This document shows positions 49,762 through 59,355 of a stretch of 64,000 bases of DNA, in pieces. The translations under genes and the position numbers were made by a program. The DNA lies in the IMG/VR virus record IMGVR_UViG_3300037484_000435, positions 32,001 to 96,000 of that record, one strand, 5' to 3'. Position 1 is the first letter of the stretch. Every line of letters starts with the position of its first letter. A model generated the notes under the pieces. It ran no database searches. It was not told the origin of the DNA and saw only the letters and a list, made by a program, of their open reading frames with translations. Source of the stretch: a virus. Taxonomy: Duplodnaviria; Caudoviricetes.

Positions 49762-50118
49762 ATGTCTGACAACGATGAACTAAACAAGACTATAAAGAAC
49801 TACGTTCCGCCAACACCGAGTCCCAAGGTTTGTCCTGGGTGTGAGGGTAAAGGTTGGCAGGCGCGTAATGATGGAATGAGAGACACATGTCCTATGTGTG
49901 GGGGTACAGGTACCTTTATGCCAGCAGGCACAATCATCTTTACTGTTATGCCTCCCCAACCAGTCTACATAGTTCCTAACCCGCATGAAACACAACCGAG
50001 GCCCTCACCTGGATGGGAATATATGCCTCCCCCAACAGTAGACCCCTATCCGTGGGATCGACATTATACGGGGGATGACCCAAGGGATTGGCATGGACCA
50101 CCTAAAGTAATTTGTTAG
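49762..50118 (+). CDS. DnaJ-type zinc-finger, Pro-rich protein
   Basis: CPGCEGKG ... CPMCGGTG. Confidence 0.55.
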   Translation: MSDNDELNKTIKNYVPPTPSPKVCPGCEGKGWQARNDGMRDTCPMCGGTGTFMPAGTIIFTVMPPQPVYIVPNPHETQPRPSPGWEYMPPPTVDPYPWDRHYTGDDPRDWHGPPKVIC

Positions 50119-50125
50119 TTTGTAA

Positions 50126-50203
50126 GGGTCGCTAACTCAGTGGTATTAGAGTATCGCCCTTTTAAGGCGAGAGTCCTGGGTTCGAATCCCAGGCGACCCA
50201 CCA
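50126..50203 (+). tRNA. tRNA-Lys(TTT)
   Basis: TCGCC-CTTTTAA-GGCGA, A73-CCA. Confidence 0.95.
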
Positions 50204-50251
50204 CAAAAGAAAGAAAGCAATATGGCTGACCTTGGGGGAGTACCTGAATAA

Positions 50252-50683
50252 ATGAACTCTGTATTCGCGAGAGAACTAGCAAATAGGGCACATGAAGGGC
50301 AGACTGATTTAGCAGGAGAACCTTACATAGGCCATATCTACACAGTCGTAGCAGGAGTAGAGTCTGAGGACGCTAAGACAGTTGCGTATCTGCACGATAT
50401 CGTAGAAGATACCCATTACACACTGGATGACCTACGGAACTACTTCCCCCCGCATATTGTGGATGCTGTGGAGCATCTAACGCGACGGGAGGGGGAATCT
50501 TACACGGACTTCATACGCCGAGTGAGACAAAACAAACTCGCAACTGAAGTGAAGGTGGCCGACCTCGAACATAACATGCTAATCAGACGTATCCCCACCC
50601 CTACAGCAAAAGACTACCAGCGTGTGGAAAAATATTATAAGGCTAGGCAAGAGCTTCTCAGAGAGGAAAAGCACAATGACTAA
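50252..50683 (+). CDS. stand-alone RelA/SpoT-type HD hydrolase (Mesh1/SAH-like)
   Basis: AHEGQTD..GEPYIGH, LHDIVEDT, VKVADLEHN. Confidence 0.8.
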   Translation: MNSVFARELANRAHEGQTDLAGEPYIGHIYTVVAGVESEDAKTVAYLHDIVEDTHYTLDDLRNYFPPHIVDAVEHLTRREGESYTDFIRRVRQNKLATEVKVADLEHNMLIRRIPTPTAKDYQRVEKYYKARQELLREEKHND

Positions 50684-50931
50684 CGCAAGAAAGATAATGC
50701 TTGAGGCTGTCAAAAAAATAAACTTAAAAATGCGTGAGTCACAAAGGGCTGTAGACATAGCTCGCCTGTATCACATAGCAGCACAATTAACCATAGCAAC
50801 CAGTACAAAAGAACCCCGCTCGGGTTACAGCTCAAGCAAAGACCAACAAGACTTATTCGCAAATCATTTTGTTTTTCTAGTTGACCACGCGATTGACTTG
50901 ATTGATTTAGAATTGCAAGGACAATAACTAT

Positions 50932-51408
50932 ATGGCATTAAAACCAAACGGCAAAAGGAAAATAGGAAAAATTAAAAACATTGCTCTGGTTGCTCACGAC
51001 TCCCGAAAGCCTGACATTCTGGAGTGGGCCAAGTTCAATCGAGGGAGCCTAGAAACACATAACCTCTGGGCCACAGGCACCACGGGAAAACTCTTGGAAA
51101 AGACATTGGGTTTAGAAATAAATAAACTTAAGAGCGGGCCCATGGGAGGGGACCAACAGATCGGGGCTATGATCGCTGAAAATAAACTAGATGCGGTTGT
51201 TTTCTTTTGGGACCCCCTATCCTCCCACGTGCACGATGTAGATATTAAGGCTCTGGTCCGAATAGCGGCAGTGCATAATATCATTATGGCCTGCGACCGA
51301 GCTACAGCAGATTTCGTTTTCTCTTCTCCGCTAATGCATTCAGAATACGAAATCATTATGAAGGACTACTCATCTTATATTGATAGGTTTGAGGACGGTC
51401 TAATTTAA
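50932..51408 (+). CDS. mgsA: methylglyoxal synthase
   Basis: IALVAHD..K, ATGTTG, SGPMGGDQQIGA, FFWDPL..H.HDVDIKALVR, ATADF. Confidence 0.95.
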   Translation: MALKPNGKRKIGKIKNIALVAHDSRKPDILEWAKFNRGSLETHNLWATGTTGKLLEKTLGLEINKLKSGPMGGDQQIGAMIAENKLDAVVFFWDPLSSHVHDVDIKALVRIAAVHNIIMACDRATADFVFSSPLMHSEYEIIMKDYSSYIDRFEDGLI

Positions 51409-51946
51409 CAAAAATCGGAACTAATTACTAGATTCGAGAACCAAATTACTAAGGAAAAAGAAATTGGATAAGACAAAGAAACAAATCGAGACCTTATTTA
51501 CAATGGTAAGGGAACGTAGCATGAGTCCCATGTGGAGCCACTACTACCGTACCAATAAAAGAGGACAAAAAGTATTAGCAGCTACTTCCTGTGTGTTGCT
51601 TAACGAAAACTTGAAACCAGTAAGTCGCGGAATCGCTGTGGTATCCCTAAAGGATAATGGTGCAAAAGCTTACGGCAGATTGCTTTCCCTAAAGAGAGCA
51701 TTCCGAGTAGTAGCTAGTGATAAAGTCGACACAACAGAACTACTATCTACCCGTAAGATTGAGGGGTTTTTAAGCTCCACTCAAAAGAAGCAGGCACGAC
51801 TTGACCCTGCAGACTGGGAATCTTACGTTACCGATCTAGAATATGATCGTATCGTCAGTAAAATCAAGCGTGACTCAAAATCTAAATTAGAAGCCTACCA
51901 AGCTTCAAAAGCGATGACTGTATAACTGATAAAATTAGCGGAGAAA

Positions 51947-52075
51947 AGGTAGCCCTCATACGGGGCTACCTAAATAAATAATATAATAATCAAAGCCCTG
52001 TATACTAAACCCCTTTAGTAAAAGGGCTTTAGGTAAGTGTACCACTTACCCCACTATATATTAAAAGAGTGGTAG
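51947..52075. repeat. cluster of consecutive inverted repeats in an AT-rich intergenic region
   Basis: AGGTAGCCC/GGGCTACCT; AAAGCCCT/AGGGCTTT enclosing TACTAAA/TTTAGTA; GGTAAGTG/CACTTACC; CCACT/AGTGG. Confidence 0.6.
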
Positions 52076-52621
52076 GGGAAATATATAAAAAGGTTGTTTA
52101 AATATACCTTCTGTGATTTTATTCCCCGTTACAAAAAAGGAGTTTACTGAAATGTAAGGATAAACAAAAAAGAAAGGTTGGTTATGTAGTGCAAGACAAA
52201 AGAATAATCTTGGTGATTTTAAAAGATAGAGACGAGTATTAACTTTAACTTAGGGGCAACCTAGCAGGAAAAAATTTGTCTCTCTCTATTTGGCACCAAG
52301 ACCGAAAGTATTATGGTAAGTCAGGCTTGAAAAGCACAAAACGGAACTCCCACTTACACGCAGATACCCGAACAGCTGTTAGCATGGTCTCAGTTTTTGG
52401 GCAGTTAGCAGGTATCCTACTTTGGGGATTTGTTAGTTACTTTTTAGGGTCTGGTAAGAGTAATCCGTATAATTTGCCAAAATAATACAAGGAGGTTTTT
52501 ATAGTTCTGAGTTTGTTGATTAATTGCTTGGATTTTTTACACTAAATTGATAATTAATTAAAAAATTGCTAATTTGATTTATGGACGCGTGTTCGCACGC
52601 AAGGAGAATTGTGTTTTGTCG

Positions 52622-53083
52622 ATGAATAAAGACGAATTTTATGTCAAAATTGTTGGTAACTTGATTACCGACCCCAAACTCGCAGAAGATGAGGAAGGAA
52701 ACAAAGTATGTTATTGCCGGATCGCTACTAACCCTAGGGCCAAGAAGGTAGATCCACGAACAGGGAAGACCCTGACCGAAAAGGAAAGAACTCGCTTGAG
52801 AACTTTCGCTGAACTTAAAATCCCCAAAACAGCTGCCGCAGAGAAGTTTTATGAAAACCTGCGGGACAAAGACCGTGTATGGATTGAAGGGGAAGGTGGT
52901 ACCAAACGAGTACCTAAAATGCTCTGGTCTGAAGAGGAAGGGCGTTACACCGAGTACCTAGTTGATGTTGATGGGGATGAAAAACATTACCAACCATTAC
53001 TCGAAGATCGTTTAGTTATTCGAGTTTATAGGTTTGGTAAGATAATAAAGCAAGACGAGAATTCGATCGCATCCTACGTTTAA
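52622..53083 (+). CDS. single-stranded DNA-binding (OB-fold) protein
   Basis: VKIVGNLITDPKL, CRIATN, RVWIEG; upstream of a helicase. Confidence 0.6.
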   Translation: MNKDEFYVKIVGNLITDPKLAEDEEGNKVCYCRIATNPRAKKVDPRTGKTLTEKERTRLRTFAELKIPKTAAAEKFYENLRDKDRVWIEGEGGTKRVPKMLWSEEEGRYTEYLVDVDGDEKHYQPLLEDRLVIRVYRFGKIIKQDENSIASYV

Positions 53084-54221
53084 TGTATCCTAATGTAGTA
53101 TAGTAGACGACTACTTAGGAGGAAAAAATGAGAGAATTGACTAATGAAGAGCGGATAGTAAAAGTAGTACATGTTGCTCAAAAATGGTTAGAACAGATAA
53201 TAGGAAACAGTTCGCTAGAAGAAGCGGTTCTCGAACTTGCATTTCTTAAAGCTACTGAGATATCTCAACAAATAACCCACGAGCTCCAGTTTAACCAACT
53301 CCAAGAAGAGGAATGGGTAGAAACATGGGTGCAGATAGGTATATTTGCTGGATTCATTTCTGGTTGTAACGCGTTCAAGTTTGTATCGAAAAGCGGACAA
53401 CCGGTATCTGACGCAGTAGCCTTCGATAACGCGACACAAGTCGCATACAAAATATCAGATAAGGTAATAGAACATTTAACTTCTGAGCCGAAGAGTGTAC
53501 TGGTTTCGGGGCTCCACGAAACACAGATAGCATTTATTAAAGAAGCTCTGGAACGTTCATTGTTTTCTGGTTACCTAGAAGGCATAGAATACGCAGGAGA
53601 GATTAGTAATAAAAGTTTAGCCTCTCTTGTTTTGGATCCAACTATAGAAGTATAAACTTCTATCTAGTAATAGGATAATGATAATGGCAAAAGTACTTAA
53701 GGTAGTAAAGAAGCCAGTAAGAGCTCTCGGAGAATACTTGCAGGCAAAAGCAGATAAAATGTTTGCTCGTAAACAACTCGACGAAGAGTATATTAAAACA
53801 CGTAAGGCAGCAGAGTGGCATCTACGGATGTGGGCTTGGCAAAAAACTACACCCGCTTGGAAACTTCCTGGTAATGAAGAGGAAGAACATAGAGCCATAG
53901 CATGCAAAAAAGTAAAATGTCCCCATCTACCTGCCGGTAGCGAGCAGTGCAGAGCTGGGACGTGCCCATAATAATATAAGGCACTCGGCACGGAGGCGGA
54001 TACCCCGTGTCACAAATGGAGGAAAAACATGGAATGATTAAACTTATGGTTTTTCTTTTCATCCTGATAACATTATCAGGATGTTCATGCGTACAGAAAG
54101 CGAGGCAACAATGCTACGAGGATTGTGAGAAACAAATTTGGGTCGGGAGTGTCCAACAGTATAGAGGACAATGCTCAGCATCTTGTGCTTACCAAATTTG
54201 TAACCCTTTCTGAGGAGGTAT

Positions 54222-55670
54222 ATGGTCAGGATTGTAATTGATAATTACACCCGAATTTCGGGCTTGCCGAGGAACGTCTTCGAAGAAGTAAGAAAAAGAT
54301 TGACCTACCCAAATCCTAAGTATGAGGAAGCCCTGAAGCACAGAAAGCGAGGCCGTGTCTGGGGAGAGCCAGCAACTATCCGTTCGTGGGACTACGATAA
54401 AGAAGAACAGGAAATACTATTACCACGAGGAGTCTTTCTGGAATTCATGGATTACATAGGTCGCTTGGGATTAGAATTTGAATTAATTGATAGACGTCAG
54501 AAAACACACATAAAAGTTCCTAAACAATTACTAAAACTCAGGTCCTACCAAGAGAAGTTGGCTTACGAAGGCTCCCTGTACCCCGGTCCTGGTTATATGC
54601 TGCAGTCACCTCCTGGAACGGGAAAAACAATCATGGCCTTGGAGTTAGCTCGACGCGAAGAACGAAAAACACTATGGGTTGTAAACAAGAATCCGTTAGC
54701 TATGCAAGCTTTGCATGCGGCGTCAGATGAAGCTGAAGTGCAAGTACTTGGACTACCTAAAAAAGAAATAGGTCTGATAGGGGCTGGTACCAAGAAACCT
54801 CGAATTGGTGAATTCTTAACTATCGCCACTATTCAAACTATCAATAGTAAGAAGGAAGAGTTCGCTCGATACAAGTATGAGTTCGGAACAATAATAATAG
54901 ACGAAGCCCACCATGCCCCCGCCGCTACTTGGAAGTCTTGTGCTCATATGTTCGCACCTAAGCTGACTATTGGATTGACAGCAACGTCTTATCGAACAGA
55001 TGGGCTGACCCAAATGCTATTCGATTGTATTGGACCAGTGGTTTCTATTGCGGATAAGGAATTGTTAAAGGCTGAAGGTGTTCTAGTAGTCCCGACCTAT
55101 TGTAACCTATACACTAACCTCCGTTACTTTGGGAAGTCTTTCAACGATATAGTCTCTAAACTCATCAACGACCCGAGACGCAATCATATCTTACTAAATG
55201 TTATACAAGAAGTGCTATCAGAAAATGACACAAACGTAGTACTCTTGATGAGCGGACGAGTAAGCCACGTTGAAGATTTATCAATGATGTGCTATAACGC
55301 GGGCCTATCACCGATTAAGTTAATCGGGACACTCAGTAAATTAGAGCGGAATTTAGCATTCGAACAATTAAAAGCAGGACGTCCTCGTCTATTAGTTTCT
55401 ACATACGATTTGTTATCAGAAGGATTCGACTACCCACCTATTAGTCATGTTGTTTACGGCACACCGTTTAAAAATGAAATACGTTTAGAACAGACTGTTG
55501 GGAGGGCACAACGAACCGAACCATTAAAACAAGAAGCTTGGATAATAGACCTCAATGATGAAAACCGAATGCTATACAAACAAGCAAATTTTAGAAGAGC
55601 ATACGCTACAGGCTTAGGAATGCCTGTAGTTGTTTACAACTCAAACATATTTCGGAGAGAGTATAAATGA
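54222..55670 (+). CDS. superfamily II DNA/RNA helicase (UvsW/Rad25-like)
   Basis: LRSYQ, PGTGKT, IIDEAHH, GLTAT, EGFD, QTVGRAQR. Confidence 0.92.
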   Translation: MVRIVIDNYTRISGLPRNVFEEVRKRLTYPNPKYEEALKHRKRGRVWGEPATIRSWDYDKEEQEILLPRGVFLEFMDYIGRLGLEFELIDRRQKTHIKVPKQLLKLRSYQEKLAYEGSLYPGPGYMLQSPPGTGKTIMALELARREERKTLWVVNKNPLAMQALHAASDEAEVQVLGLPKKEIGLIGAGTKKPRIGEFLTIATIQTINSKKEEFARYKYEFGTIIIDEAHHAPAATWKSCAHMFAPKLTIGLTATSYRTDGLTQMLFDCIGPVVSIADKELLKAEGVLVVPTYCNLYTNLRYFGKSFNDIVSKLINDPRRNHILLNVIQEVLSENDTNVVLLMSGRVSHVEDLSMMCYNAGLSPIKLIGTLSKLERNLAFEQLKAGRPRLLVSTYDLLSEGFDYPPISHVVYGTPFKNEIRLEQTVGRAQRTEPLKQEAWIIDLNDENRMLYKQANFRRAYATGLGMPVVVYNSNIFRREYK

Positions 55671-56617
55671 TATCATCAAAAATTAACAGCTTCAAGCAAG
55701 CTCTGCGTAGCGATAATACATGTGAGCTTACGCGGGAAGCCAAAGAAGCTATCATCAGTCTACTCCCCGCCTTACGGCCTTTAACCTTACAGTGTCTTCC
55801 TGAGACATGTAATCGCCAAGACTTTGAAGACGCGGAAGCAGATGCAATCGCTAATGGCGTAAGATACGCCCAAATATCCCTGAAATCCAACATGGATAGC
55901 AGGAGGTGGAGTAAGACAGAGTGGAGACGTAGACTTTACAGCAGGTTCTTAGACGCTGTGTTGGAAAGTGCTAGGTATTTATTGTATCCTATGAACATTC
56001 CCCGCCCGCTTCGCTTTAGTCTAAAGAAATACTCAGAAGCAGTATCCATCATACGGAAATATGCACATGAAGAGCAGATACACAGCTCCCACTTGTACCA
56101 AGCATTTTTCTATCATGAATGCAACCTACACAAGGTAAATAAATGCAGGATATGTGAGCTGGGGCTATCAGAGTGCCCAATCCTAGACATGGAAGCATCT
56201 GATATGATAAAGATACATAAGCTGCTCTCTGGGGCAAGAAAGAGTTTGACTTACTATGGTAAACTTTATCGGAAGTCTTACAAAGACTGGGTAAGAATAC
56301 TAGAGTCAGTTAAATCTCTGGCCGCCAGCTCTCTCTTATCACCAGATAAGGAGGTATTTCCTGACATGGATAAATACCTAGTACTGAAGCAGCTCAAAGA
56401 GAAGATGGTTGGCATACATCCCGACCTATTTGAAATTTATTGCCATGCAATGTCAGATGTTGATGTCAACAATCTAAACGTAACCCATACTGTGCAGACT
56501 CCGCGCGGTTGGTTGAATAAAGATATTAAAGACCGCTTTGGAATCGAATCTACTGAGTTTCGCTGTCTTCTTGAAGAAGGGGACAAGCTATTAAATGAAT
56601 TTAGGTCATATGAAGGA
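55667..56617 (+). CDS. exon 1 of an intron-split gene (the annotated ORF reads on into intron 1)
   Basis: in-frame GGA codon ends at 56617 just before GTGCG; last 6 nt GAAGGA complement intron EBS1 TCCTTC (56921-56926). Confidence 0.7.
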
Positions 56618-58859
56618 GTGCGACGAGAAGTTTCGATAATGATTCCGTAATGGTTATTGCATTAGAATGCTTTAACTTAAACGGCCATCAAACTGCTGGT
56701 GCGTGCCTAGGGAAGCATGCGTTTATACATCATGTGTATAGGGGTGTGAAGCCTTCCTAACAATGTACCGAAACCTGCTAGCATTTAAGTGGATTAGGGC
56801 TAGGCAAAAAAAAAGTAATATGGTTAACGAAAGTGAACTGCTGTTTAAATTCCGTCAATGACAACAAGCCAAACATGCTGATAGGCTTGAACCAAAAGGT
56901 AAATGGGTAAACATAAATTTTCCTTCTATTTATGTTGCAGTTAATACTCCCATCGGAAAAGAGGCAGAACCTAAGTTACTCAAATTTATCATTATTGGAA
57001 AACTCGGTAAACCTGTTGAGGGGTTAGTGTATATGCATTAACACACCTGAGAGCAATCGGAGGTTATCTCTCAGCAGGTAAAGGATGTAGTAAAAAGCGA
57101 ATGCCTGCTTGTAACGAGCAGGATAGTTGATTTAATGTTGGTGGCGAAGAGAGTTGCACCCTTTGGGGAAAGCAGGCACGCTAAAACGTGTTGAATCGCA
57201 CCATCTGAAAGGGTGGGGACGTGGGTTCGAATCCTACCCAACATTATCATTCAATACTACGAAAGTAGGCTGACTTACTACTGGTCTCTCACTGCAGGAG
57301 CTTCTTGCAGATAACAAACTTTTGGAGGTACGCATTATGAATATACACAATAGTGTAGATTTGGCAACTTCCAGCAAATTCTCGACGTGGAGTCCAATTG
57401 AATTGGAAGAAGTCGAGAAGTTTGTTAGGAAACTGCAAGTTGCAATTGCAGAAGCAACTAAAGCTAGAAAATGGCATGAGGTTAGAAAACTCCAGTTCAA
57501 GCTGGTCAATTCTTTCCGTGCAAAATTACTCGCGGTTAAAGTTGTAACATCAAACAAAGGTAAAAACACTCCAGGTGTTGATGGTCAAACTTGGAATAGT
57601 AAAGCAGAAAAGCTGAATGGTGCCATAAGTCTTACGGCAACTGGGTATAAACCCTCCCCGTTAAGACGAGTAGAAATTCCAAAAAGAAACGGGAAAACGA
57701 GACCCCTAGGAATTCCTACCATGCGAGATCGAGCAATGCAGTATCTCTATAAACTCGCTTTAGAACCTGTTGCTGAAATTTTGGCAGATAAGGATAGTTA
57801 TGGGTTTCGTCCCAAACGCAGTTGCCAAGATGCAATAGACCAATGCTTCATCGTGTTTAGCAAGAAGTGGTCTGCCCAATGGGTTCTAGAAGGTGACATA
57901 GAGAAATGCTTTGATAAGATTTCGCACGAATGGCTACTAAACAATGTAGTAATGGATAAAACTATTTTAGGTAAATGGCTGAAGGCAGGGTTTGTGTGGA
58001 ACGGAGAATTATTTCCTACTGACGAGGGTACACCTCAAGGTGGGATTATATCACCTATTCTAGCAAATCTTGCTTTAGACGGCATTGAAGCTGAGCTAAC
58101 GTCTAAATTTGGAAGAAAAAGTGTAAGAAGAGTATCTCTTAAATTAAACGTTGTAAGATACGCAGATGATTTCATAATCTCCTGTTCTGATAAAGATGTT
58201 CTGGAAAAGGAAGTGAAACCTTTACTGGACAAATTCCTAGAGCAAAGAGGTTTGAAATTATCTGAAGAGAAAACAAAGATTACTCACATTGATGATGGAT
58301 TCGACTTTCTTGGATTTAATATCCACAAATATAAAGGAAAGTTACTCATCAAACCCGCTAAGAAGTCTGTCATCAGATTTCTGAGAGAAGTGAAAGAAAT
58401 CTTTAACTCTAATAAAACAATGATTCAAGGGGATATGATTCTGTTACTTAATCTGAAAATAAGGGGGTGGTGTAATTACTATAGGCACGTTGTGTCTGGT
58501 GATGCATTCTCCTACGTAGGATTTAGACTCTGGCAAATGTGCTGGAGATGGAGTGTTCGTAGGCATCCTAATAAGAGTAAGACATGGGTCAAAGATAAGT
58601 ATTTTAAGTCTGTAAAAGGAAGTAATTGGAGATTTGCGGATTTTGAAACAGAGGACTACCTAATAGTTCCTGCTTCTATACCTATCGAAAGACACATAAA
58701 GATTTTAAAGGATGCAGAAGTATTTAACCCCTCGTGGAACAAATACTTTGAAGAAAGATAAAGTTTGATGTTATTGAGAGGCTTGAGCTGTATGCGGTGA
58801 AAGTCGCACGTACAGTTCTTAGGGGAGGGTGGGCTAGTAATAGTCTGCTCTTACCCGAC
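56618..58859 (+). mobile_element. group II intron 1 (IIB/chloroplast-like) encoding RT/maturase
   Basis: 5' GTGCG; domain V GAGCTGTATGCGGTGAAAGTCGCACGTACAGTTC; domain VI ending CCCGAC; EBS1/IBS1 match. Confidence 0.92.
57322..58761 (+). CDS. ltrA: group II intron reverse transcriptase/maturase, no HNH endonuclease domain
   Basis: RT0 TPGVDG, RPLGIPT..DR, SYGFRP.RSCQDA, EGDIEKCFD, GTPQGGIISP, YADD, FDFLGF, domain X RGWCNYY. Confidence 0.95.
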   Translation: MEVRIMNIHNSVDLATSSKFSTWSPIELEEVEKFVRKLQVAIAEATKARKWHEVRKLQFKLVNSFRAKLLAVKVVTSNKGKNTPGVDGQTWNSKAEKLNGAISLTATGYKPSPLRRVEIPKRNGKTRPLGIPTMRDRAMQYLYKLALEPVAEILADKDSYGFRPKRSCQDAIDQCFIVFSKKWSAQWVLEGDIEKCFDKISHEWLLNNVVMDKTILGKWLKAGFVWNGELFPTDEGTPQGGIISPILANLALDGIEAELTSKFGRKSVRRVSLKLNVVRYADDFIISCSDKDVLEKEVKPLLDKFLEQRGLKLSEEKTKITHIDDGFDFLGFNIHKYKGKLLIKPAKKSVIRFLREVKEIFNSNKTMIQGDMILLLNLKIRGWCNYYRHVVSGDAFSYVGFRLWQMCWRWSVRRHPNKSKTWVKDKYFKSVKGSNWRFADFETEDYLIVPASIPIERHIKILKDAEVFNPSWNKYFEER

Positions 58860-59355
58860 CTTCCCCCAATTCAAAGAAGATTTTGGGCAAAATCTGCTTA
58901 GCCCGAAACCATCTGAGAAAATAATAGAATGGCAAAAGGCTGGTCTTCTAAAGCGGTATATCCAGCCATTAGATAAATGTGTAGGAGTATTACAAGATAC
59001 AAAGTTTCATGTTGACGATGTATTTCAACATTGCATAAAGACATGCGATAACGTGCCTCCCATCTTGAGTCTAAGGTGGGCAGGGCTGTTACATGATACA
59101 GGAAAGGTGCCAACACGAGGTCATCACATACTATGTGGTTTAACCTATCCAAAGGAAAAGAAGGTTGTTTCATATTGTCGACGTAAAAAGAAGAGATGTT
59201 CCGCCAAATGTGAACATGCTATTGAGCGAATAACATTCTACAAACACGAGCTGGCTAGTGAGAAACTAGCAAAGGCAGTGCTAAAGATGTTTAAGGTGGA
59301 CCCTCAAGTATATGCAGAGGCAATGGGCCTGATCGCGAACCATATGTATATGTAT
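58860..59355 (+). CDS. exon 2: HD-domain segment resembling CCA-adding/poly(A) polymerase C-terminal region; 496 nt, one base out of register
   Basis: LLSPKPS.., GLL..YI..LD.C.GV.Q..K.H..DVF.H, WAGLLHDTGK, FYKHE..S, LIANHM. Confidence 0.7.

Noticed and set aside
56618-56650. C-terminus VRREVSIMIP of ORF 55667..56650 and VRRAKICVMIP of ORF 59053..59391
   Set aside because: These are read-through into the intron 5' ends (GTGCG), not true protein termini.
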